From an uncultured Mycoplasmatota bacterium (lineage in GTDB: Bacteria > Bacillota_I > Bacilli_A > RF39 > UBA660): a stretch of DNA of 64,000 bases. The stretch covers positions 198,725 to 262,724 of the forward strand of contig CANTCQ010000001.1 of the NCBI GenBank assembly GCA_947652325.1, read 5' to 3'. The position numbers and the translations under genes were made by a program. The notes beneath the pieces were generated by a model. The model was not told where the DNA came from. It saw only the letters and a list, made by a program, of their open reading frames with translations, and ran no database searches. The first letter of the stretch is position 1. Every line of letters begins with the position of its first letter. Of the stretch, positions 56,389 to 64,000 are shown piece by piece.

Positions 56389-57045
56389 ATGTTTAAATTT
56401 GATAATTCTTTTTTAGGAAAAAGAATTATCAAATTAGGAAAGCATTATTCAGAATGGACAGAAGAGGAGAAGAAAGATTTTATTTTAGATTATTTTCAAG
56501 TGACATTATCAAATTTAGATTCTTACGTGGAATCGTTACCACATGACCTTTTTAGTTCTACTATTTCCACTTTAAAAAAATGGGGGTTCGAAATTATTTA
56601 TTCTGATTCTGTTCAATATATACGTGACCCTAATTTAGTAGGAACTTTAGGAGAAGAAATTATTATGTTTCATAGGTCATCTGGTATGCTTTATTATTTG
56701 AATTCTTTTCAAAAGAAAACAGCGAATGGATTAGTAAATGATATTAAAAGAAGTGAACTTTATTTTTGCATGTCGAGTTTTAAAACGAGTATTCCTTTAG
56801 ATTTTCAAAATAAAGTAAGTCAATGTTCAAAAATTAATTATGCCGATGGTTCAAATTTTAGAATGTATTCTAATATTGAAATAGATACTATTAAACAGCT
56901 TTTAGATTCTTGTGATTTTGTAAAACCTTGGAATCTATTGGAATTTGATTTGGGTATTTTAAATGAAGGAGAATGTTTTCAAATTATAAATGGAATGCCT
57001 ATTTCTGTTGAACGAGAAACTATGAAGCAAATTCTAGTAAATTAA
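56389..57045 (+). CDS. hypothetical protein
   Basis: 218-aa ORF. No motif recognised. Confidence 0.45.
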   Translation: MFKFDNSFLGKRIIKLGKHYSEWTEEEKKDFILDYFQVTLSNLDSYVESLPHDLFSSTISTLKKWGFEIIYSDSVQYIRDPNLVGTLGEEIIMFHRSSGMLYYLNSFQKKTANGLVNDIKRSELYFCMSSFKTSIPLDFQNKVSQCSKINYADGSNFRMYSNIEIDTIKQLLDSCDFVKPWNLLEFDLGILNEGECFQIINGMPISVERETMKQILVN

Positions 57046-57302
57046 ATTGAACAAATGCCAAGTGATATTCAAGATGTAATAAATTATAAAAAAGATGTAG
57101 GTAAATATAAAATGGTTGAAAAATGAAATAAATTATTTCTTCGTTATGATTTTAAAAATTCAAAATTTTAAATTAATAGTAGTTGAATATTTATTATAGC
57201 AAGAAACTGCTTTTTTATAGTTTAGGTTTTATTGTGTGTAAATAAATTACTAACAGTGATTAAATCTACTTGTACAAGAATAGTTAAAATAAAAATACTT
57301 TA

Positions 57303-58853
57303 TCATTGTATTAAAGTATTTTTATTTTGTATTGTAAAGCTTTGGTTAATTCCTTCTCCAGAATTAGGATATTTGGAAGAGTAAGCAAAATCTACAATGT
57401 AGAAAAATGTAAATAGTATACATAATATTAATTTTCTTTTTTGTGGTATTTTTTCAAAAATACTATCTAAGAAAGGAGCAACAAAGTAAATAAAGGCACA
57501 ACCACCAATTCCAAAAACAATTAAACCTTCCATACAAATGCGGCCATGTAAGTTTAAGAAAAATCCATCATAATCCCAGTATCTAGCATTTTTAAATGTT
57601 TCTAAATACCAACCTGTTGCATATTCAAGAGTTCCACAAATGAGTAGTGCCAGAATAAAAGTAAGAATAGGATTATCACGTGTTTTCTTTAAAAGAAGTA
57701 ATAGTAATATTAAACCCCAACCGTAGATATGTAACCAAGGACCATGTAAGGTCCCACGATTAACAAATTCGCCATATTGAAATAAATGAAGACCAACTTC
57801 CCAAATCCAACCTACAATAGATGCAGTAAAAAACATTAATAGAAGTGAAGAAAAATTATAGTTTTTTTTGTAATTTGTATGTAACCATTTTTTAGAAGGA
57901 ATTTCTTTAACAATGCTTTTTTCTGTAGGATAGATGTCTCCATTTTCTTCTAAAGCCTCATCTTTTAGATAAGAGATATTGGATACATTTTGAATTTTTG
58001 CTAAAGTGCGCATTTCCATATAAAATTCTGCTAAGCAACATTTTTTATATGGAGTTGTAAAAATAATTCCAATTAAATGAAAACTCATAGTATCTAAAAT
58101 TGTCCAACCTAGTAAACTAAGGTCTAACTTACAAAGTTCCCATTTGTGTTTTTTCATCATATCTTGGGATAATTTTATAGCCATTTTGCCATTTATATCA
58201 GGATTTTCTGCTAAAATGAAAGGAACTAAAGCATAAGCATAATGTTTAATAAAACCACCTATAAGTGTTAGATACCAACACCATTCATAAATCATTTTTC
58301 TTGCCATGGCAAAACTAACGTTTTTGTGTTTTCTAACTTTATAGGGAAAAAATAAACGATGAAAATTTGTTTTTTTATACTTTCTATTTTCTAAAAAAAA
58401 TCTAGCTTCTCCAACTCTTAAAACGTTTTGTATAAAAAGCCAGTATAGAAAAGTAAGTATGGCTCCTAGTAAAATAATAATACTTGCCCAAACTCGTTCA
58501 TGAAATATGAGTTGATTAAAAGAATTTAATAACCCAAAGATAAAATTTCCTGATGCTGTTACATTATTAAAGATATTTGCTAATACTCCTCTTGTTGGTT
58601 TGTAAGAAGAAATACTTGTATTGATTTTAGCAATTCTTTCAAAAGATTCTCTTGCGATATCTGAGTTAATGGAGGAGAAGAAGTGTTCTTCTTTAATTGA
58701 GATTGTATTTTCCTTATTATTTACATATTGTGTTGTGGTTATTTTATAGGAACCTAAGAGTAAAGAGATAAAAAAAGCAATGGCAACAGAGCGCCAATAA
58801 TTTTTTCTTAGTACTTTTTTCGCTTGTTTTTTTATTTCTTTTCTACTTCTCAT
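57303..58853 (-). CDS. polytopic membrane protein (DUF975-like N-half, PF06541-like C-half)
   Basis: The N-terminus RKEIKKQAKKVLRKNYWRSVAIAF is DUF975-like. The C-terminal half contains GPWLHIYGWG..EYATGWYLE..YWDY. Confidence 0.55.
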   Translation of the reverse strand: MRSRKEIKKQAKKVLRKNYWRSVAIAFFISLLLGSYKITTTQYVNNKENTISIKEEHFFSSINSDIARESFERIAKINTSISSYKPTRGVLANIFNNVTASGNFIFGLLNSFNQLIFHERVWASIIILLGAILTFLYWLFIQNVLRVGEARFFLENRKYKKTNFHRLFFPYKVRKHKNVSFAMARKMIYEWCWYLTLIGGFIKHYAYALVPFILAENPDINGKMAIKLSQDMMKKHKWELCKLDLSLLGWTILDTMSFHLIGIIFTTPYKKCCLAEFYMEMRTLAKIQNVSNISYLKDEALEENGDIYPTEKSIVKEIPSKKWLHTNYKKNYNFSSLLLMFFTASIVGWIWEVGLHLFQYGEFVNRGTLHGPWLHIYGWGLILLLLLLKKTRDNPILTFILALLICGTLEYATGWYLETFKNARYWDYDGFFLNLHGRICMEGLIVFGIGGCAFIYFVAPFLDSIFEKIPQKRKLILCILFTFFYIVDFAYSSKYPNSGEGINQSFTIQNKNTLIQ

Positions 58854-58955
58854 TTTACTACCTCAATAGTTTGTTTTTCTGTTTTCATCTTATAGTTTTT
58901 TTCTTGTTTTGTCAAACTTTTAACTATCATATACTTAATTATAGGAACGTGATTT

Positions 58956-60008
58956 ATGAATAATTTATTTTCATATTTAAAATGGAGAGGCGACTTGTCT
59001 TTTTACGAGGCTCCTTTCAATGAAGTAGACAATGCTATTTTATGCGCATTTTCATATATTCCTTTAGAGGATTTTTTAACAAAAGATAAGACTTTTTCAA
59101 TTTTAGAATTGTATGCATTGTATCAAAAAAACGTAAAAAAAGAAAAATTGTTTAAGCAAAATCAAAAAAAGTTATTTGATAATTTACAGCAAAGTAAACG
59201 ATTTCAAAATGTCAAAGTTGCTCAGTTTGTAAATGAAGTCGAGCAGATAAAGGAAAAACAATTTTGTGCTATGACTTTTATTTTAACAGAGGATTTATTA
59301 TTTGTTGCCTATCGGGGAACAGATGAATCTCTGATTGCTTGGAAAGAAAATTTTAATTTGAGTTATATGGATTATGTTCCTTCTCAAAAAAGAGCGGTTT
59401 CATATTTAGAAGAAATTCTGATGCATACCAATAAAAAAGTCATAGTAGGAGGACATTCTAAAGGTGGTAATTTGGCGATGTACGCCTATCTTTTTTGTAA
59501 CGAAAAACTGCAAAGTAAAATGATACAAGTTTATAACAATGATGGTCCAGGTCTTCATAAAAATATAGAAATAGAAAAAAAAGAGTTAGAACAAAAAATT
59601 ATTACTTTTTTACCAAAAGCAAGTATTATTGGGAATTTATTTGAAAACTTAAGTACTATTTTTTTTATTAAAAGCTCTAGCTTTGGTATTTTACAGCATG
59701 ATTTGTATACCTGGGAAGTAGAAAACAATCACTTTATTTACATAAAGGAAATGGATAAAAAAACGAAAGACTTGTGTAATTTTTTAAATAAAATGTTAGA
59801 AGATTTATCTCTAGAAAAAAAGGAAAAAATTATTTCTTTTCTTTATGAAACGATAGCGGATTTTGGTATTTCCAATGTAGAAGAATTTATTGAGCAAATT
59901 GGCAAAAAACAAATACTCAAAAAATACAATATTACCATTGAAGATATGCAAATTGTATTTAAAATTTTGCCAGTCGTAATGGAAATTTTTAAAAAATTAA
60001 AATTGTAA
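58956..60008 (+). CDS. DUF2974 / Mbeg1-like alpha/beta hydrolase
   Basis: SYLKWRGDLSF, FVAYRGTDESLIAWKENF and the nucleophile elbow GGHSKGG are present. Confidence 0.7.
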   Translation: MNNLFSYLKWRGDLSFYEAPFNEVDNAILCAFSYIPLEDFLTKDKTFSILELYALYQKNVKKEKLFKQNQKKLFDNLQQSKRFQNVKVAQFVNEVEQIKEKQFCAMTFILTEDLLFVAYRGTDESLIAWKENFNLSYMDYVPSQKRAVSYLEEILMHTNKKVIVGGHSKGGNLAMYAYLFCNEKLQSKMIQVYNNDGPGLHKNIEIEKKELEQKIITFLPKASIIGNLFENLSTIFFIKSSSFGILQHDLYTWEVENNHFIYIKEMDKKTKDLCNFLNKMLEDLSLEKKEKIISFLYETIADFGISNVEEFIEQIGKKQILKKYNITIEDMQIVFKILPVVMEIFKKLKL

Positions 60009-60047
60009 TTCTTTTCTTTATTTAGTATACTTAAGCTAAATAAAGAA

Positions 60048-60968
60048 GTGATTATTTTGCAAAAAGAGATATTACAATTTTACAAACAAATAAGTTGTTT
60101 TACGGATTTGGGAAAGTATAAAACTTTTGCTAAGAAATTTCCCAATTCCATTGAAAAGTTGTGTTTGTTACAAAGACATCAAATTATTCATCCGTTTGAT
60201 TTATGTGATGAAGAGCAAAGAAAAGATACTGAAAACTTTTATGGAGATATGACAAGGGTTCCAAGAACAAGTTTGAACTATGAAAATGATTTATTTCCTA
60301 CTGCTCAAGCTATGCTTGTAGAATTATTACGAAGAAATAAAAAGTATTCTATCAATAGAGAAATTCAAAATAAAATTCATGTTTGTTGTCGCGAACAAGC
60401 TATATTGCTTGCTAGTATTTTAAAAGCAAAAAGAATTCCTGCTCGAGTACGTAGTGGATTTGCATTTTATGTTACAAAACTTTCTTCAGCAGGAGACCAT
60501 TGGATTACGAAATATTATGATAAAAAGAAAAAAAGATGGATTTTAGTCGATGCAGATATGTATTTTTCACAAGTACAAGATATATTAGAGGAGTATTCTA
60601 TTGATTTTAATCTTTTAGATATTCCTCATGAAAAATTTATTTTTGGAGCAGAAGCTTATTTGAAATTGTGAAAAGGAATTTTACAAGAAAAAGATATTTA
60701 CTATGCTTCTAATCCTTTAAAATATGGTTTAGAGGCAGCAATTCATGGGTTATTTTATGATTTTCATTCTATTATGAATAATGAAATTATTTTTTTGCAT
60801 CTTCCTAAATATATTGTAGATAAAAATTTTATGTTAACGGAAGAAGAATTAAGAGAGTTAGATTTTTTAGCTGAACTTATGCAGAATGTTGATAACAATT
60901 TTAATGAACTTATGCACATATGGAAAAAAGTTGAGAAATATCGAGTTATGACCGGTGGAATGAATTAA
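60048..60968 (+). pseudogene. transglutaminase-like cysteine protease-fold protein interrupted by an in-frame TGA
   Basis: The Cys-His-Asp pattern is CCREQAILLASILKAKRIPARVRSG, GDHWITKYY and WILVDAD. The TGA at 60669-60671 is in frame with ORF 60774-60968. The sequence across the stop reads AYLKL*KGILQEKDIYYASNP. Confidence 0.6.
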
Positions 60969-61008
60969 TAAATAAGGTATATATATTAATTTTGAGAGGT
61001 ATTTTAAA

Positions 61009-61800
61009 ATGAATTTTGATAGTTTAAATAAAATGATTCTTTATATTGAACATCATCTTGATAGTGTAATTGATTTTAATCAATTAAGTAAAATAACGAA
61101 TACTAATATATTTATTTTAGAGCGGATTTTTACGTTTTTAACAAATATGACGATTACAGAGTACATAAAAAAAAGAAGGTTAAGTAAAGCCTTTGAAGAA
61201 ATAAGAAATACTAAACATAAAGTTATTGATATTGCTTTTAAATATCAATATAATTCTGCATCCTCTTTTAATAGAGCTTTTAAGCAATTATTTTCTATAA
61301 CTCCTACCGAATGTAGAAAAGGGATTGGCAATTATAAAATAATACCTGTAGCATATTTTGAATCCAATAAAGGAAAATATAATTTTGATTATAAAATAAA
61401 AAAATTAGATTCCATATTTTTATATTGTTATCATGTCGTGGCTAATCATCACTCGGATTTATTATACAAAATAAAACATTTATATAACGAGGTTACAACA
61501 AACGGTATGTATAAAGAATTTACGGAAAGAGGTATGTACGGAATTTTTTCTAAAAATAAAGATGTCTATCATTACTATTTAGGCTCTACTCATTATTTTT
61601 CTGATTTAGAAAAGTATGAAATTAAAAAAAACGATTATGCTGAGTTTAAGCTTTCGTCAAGAGAGCAAAATGAAATTGTTTCTTTAGAGGAAAAAATTAA
61701 TAAACAGTGGATACCTGCTACGGATTATATTATTCAAGAAAATATTAAAATTGAATTATATGTAGGAGACGATTGTTTTATTTATGTACCTATAAAATAA
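61009..61800 (+). CDS. AraC-family regulator with GyrI-like effector domain
   Basis: The HTH_18 region reads ITEYIKKRRLSKAFEEI..IAFKYQYNSASSFNRAFKQLFSITPTECRK. Confidence 0.8.
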   Translation: MNFDSLNKMILYIEHHLDSVIDFNQLSKITNTNIFILERIFTFLTNMTITEYIKKRRLSKAFEEIRNTKHKVIDIAFKYQYNSASSFNRAFKQLFSITPTECRKGIGNYKIIPVAYFESNKGKYNFDYKIKKLDSIFLYCYHVVANHHSDLLYKIKHLYNEVTTNGMYKEFTERGMYGIFSKNKDVYHYYLGSTHYFSDLEKYEIKKNDYAEFKLSSREQNEIVSLEEKINKQWIPATDYIIQENIKIELYVGDDCFIYVPIK

Positions 61801-61873
61801 TCTTAACAAATTTCATATTAAATATGTAAAGAAATATGTTTGCAATTATTTTACAATTTTATTGGTGAAGTTT

Positions 61874-63607
61874 ATGTTTAAAAGAAATTTTAGAATTACA
61901 AAAGATTATTTTTCTTTAATAAAATTTAAAAATAAATATTTAATCACCTTTTTCATGGTTGATTTTGTAAATGTTTTAATAAGTCTTTTAATCCCTTATT
62001 ATATATCATTGATAGTAGAAAATGTGACCAATGCATTCTATAATGCGGCATTTACTTTTGTTATCTTGTTAGGTACTACTTATATATTAAATAAATTAGG
62101 TTCTTATTGTACAAATTGGTGTTATGCTCATTTTTTTAAAGAGGCATATGTAGAAGTCCACAAACAATTAGTAAATAGCATTTATCATTTTGATGAAGAT
62201 TATTCTAAAAAAATTTCTATTGGCAAAATTATAAATTCTTCTAATATGGATATTCTAAATATCGCAGAAATCCCTTCCTTTATCATTGAATTATTTATTG
62301 AGTTTATTAAATTATTTGTTATTTATTTTGTTTTTATAAAATATAATATTTTGGTAACATTTTATGTTATTTTTATTGATTTCATATATTATCATTTTGC
62401 AAGAAGATGTAATGATAAAAATGCCTTTTATTTAAAAAAACAAAGAAATTATGCTGATAAAATAACAGGAATGTTATCACAAATTTTAACAGGACTTAAA
62501 GAAATTAAAAATTTTGGTATAGGAGAAAAATTAGATAATAAAATAGATGGTTACAGAAAAAGATGGCAAGAAAATTATTTTTTAAAAAGAAAATATTATT
62601 TTACGCGAAAAACTTTAGTAGGATTTATAATCGATTTTGGTAAAATAATATTATATTTTATTATGATAATTCTTTTGATGAAAGGTAAAATACAATTTTC
62701 TATTTTTTTACTGTTAATTTCTTATTATGATAAGGCAAAAGAGTCAATTCATAATATAATGCATTTTGATGTTTCTATTATGGAAGAATCTGTTTCATTA
62801 TATAGGATAAGTGAAATCATTCAATATGGAAATAAAACCTTAAAAATAGATGGACCAATTTACAATGATGATATCGTAGGCATTGTTGAATTTAAAAATG
62901 TTTCTTTTACATACAATCAACTTCCTTTGTTACAAAATATTTCTTTTATTGCTTACCCAAATCAAGTGACGACAATTGTTGGAAAAACAGGAACAGGAAA
63001 AACGACTTTATTTAATCTTCTATTAAGATTGTATAAAGTGGACAGGGGTAAAATTTTAATAGATAATCTAAATATTTATGATTATTCTAGAAGTGTTTAT
63101 CATTCAAATATAAGTATTGTAAATCAAAAGACTTTTATTTTTAATATGAGTATAAGAGCGAATCTATCTCTTATTGACTCCAATAAAAAAAGACAAGTGG
63201 ATGCCTGTAAAAGAGTGGGAATACATGATTTCATTATGTCTTTACCTGATGGTTATAATACTATTTTAAAAGAAGATGCAACGAATATAAGTGGAGGGCA
63301 AAAACAATTATTATCTTTGGCTCGAGCACTTCTTACTACTTCTGAAATTTTACTTTTAGATGAAGTTACCTCTTCATTAGACCCCAATACTACTTATAAA
63401 ATTATAAACCTTTTAGATGATTTGAAAACTGACCATACGATTATTGTGATTACGCACAATAAAGAATTAATGAAATTTTCTGATAAACTTATTTTTTTAC
63501 ATAATGCTAAAATTGAATGTATGGGAAAACATGAAAATTTGATAAAAAGTAATAATGTTTATAAAAAATTCTATGAAGTTAATGAAACTCTGTATAAATT
63601 TATGTAA
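61874..63607 (+). CDS. ABC transporter, fused permease/ATP-binding exporter
   Basis: Walker A is GKTGTGKTT, the signature is ISGGQKQL and Walker B is LLLDEVTSSLD. The N-terminal domain is hydrophobic. Confidence 0.9.
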   Translation: MFKRNFRITKDYFSLIKFKNKYLITFFMVDFVNVLISLLIPYYISLIVENVTNAFYNAAFTFVILLGTTYILNKLGSYCTNWCYAHFFKEAYVEVHKQLVNSIYHFDEDYSKKISIGKIINSSNMDILNIAEIPSFIIELFIEFIKLFVIYFVFIKYNILVTFYVIFIDFIYYHFARRCNDKNAFYLKKQRNYADKITGMLSQILTGLKEIKNFGIGEKLDNKIDGYRKRWQENYFLKRKYYFTRKTLVGFIIDFGKIILYFIMIILLMKGKIQFSIFLLLISYYDKAKESIHNIMHFDVSIMEESVSLYRISEIIQYGNKTLKIDGPIYNDDIVGIVEFKNVSFTYNQLPLLQNISFIAYPNQVTTIVGKTGTGKTTLFNLLLRLYKVDRGKILIDNLNIYDYSRSVYHSNISIVNQKTFIFNMSIRANLSLIDSNKKRQVDACKRVGIHDFIMSLPDGYNTILKEDATNISGGQKQLLSLARALLTTSEILLLDEVTSSLDPNTTYKIINLLDDLKTDHTIIVITHNKELMKFSDKLIFLHNAKIECMGKHENLIKSNNVYKKFYEVNETLYKFM

Positions 63608-63653
63608 AACAATTACTTTGTGTTAAAATAGAAAAAGTGGAGCGATTTTTTAT

Positions 63654-64000
63654 ATGAGAGAAAAAGGTAAAAAAAGAATAGCCAAGAAAATTATGGAAAT
63701 GATGGATGGGATATCTTATGGTTTTCCAGATAAAAGTGGTAGGAATATTTTAAAAGTAAATCCTAAAAAATATGAGGACAAGTTTCGCGATTTTTATTTT
63801 TTACAAACACCTGAAGAATTGATGAAAAGCAAATGCGGTGTTTGTTTTGAACAGGTAGAGTTAGAACGAAAATTATTTTTAGAAAATCAAATCACTGTAC
63901 AAACCTTTTTTATTTGTACTTATGATGCTACTAATTTACCAAGTCATACTTTTTTAGTTTATCAAGAAAGAGAAAAATATTATTGGTTTGAACATTCTTG
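63654..64000 (+). CDS. hypothetical protein (3' end outside window)
   Basis: The ATG at 63654 follows a GTGGAG RBS. The open frame MREKGKKRIAKKIMEMMDGISYGF..KCGVCFEQVE runs to the window edge. It is not in the ORF track because it is incomplete. Confidence 0.5.
   Translation, partial: MREKGKKRIAKKIMEMMDGISYGFPDKSGRNILKVNPKKYEDKFRDFYFLQTPEELMKSKCGVCFEQVELERKLFLENQITVQTFFICTYDATNLPSHTFLVYQEREKYYWFEHS

Noticed and set aside
60669-60671. The idea that the in-frame TGA reflects genetic code 4 (TGA=Trp), as in Mollicutes.
   Set aside because: TGA terminates well-defined genes here at positions consistent with homolog lengths (scpA at 1557-1559, the methyltransferase at 18220-18222, the surface protein at 40954-40956). 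The standard code applies.

Overview
Low-GC chromosomal segment using the standard genetic code (TGA is a stop, for example at the end of scpA). It comes from a Firmicute-type, apparently spore-forming bacterium. The housekeeping backbone matches Bacillus-like synteny: scpA-scpB, rpsD, cca, dnaD-nth, ponA-recU, gpsB-rnpB, rodZ-like-pgsA-recA-rny, and rpoZ. Three tRNA genes are present: Leu-CAA, Ala-UGC and Arg-CCU. No rRNA genes or CRISPR arrays were seen. Four things stand out. (1) Small cassettes are stacked in tandem on the 3' CCA end of tRNA-Leu. They are bounded by a repeated, element-borne junction (..GTTGTTGTAC.TCTC..GGGCACCA | GATTGATA..ACTCGAAC..). The same architecture sits on tRNA-Ala. 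The only recombinase genes in the window are decayed serine recombinases. (2) Three long G tracts in this AT-rich DNA sit at functional positions: two in the spacers of homologous promoters and one inside the 5' end of a surface-protein gene. All three look like phase-variation switches. (3) An unannotated type I toxin-antitoxin-like module lies inside the cassette array. (4) A two-gene operon of unknown function (membrane protein plus a roughly 975-aa protein) lies in the tRNA-Ala island and is a candidate novel defence or abortive-infection system. All functional calls come from motif recognition by eye. No database searches were run.
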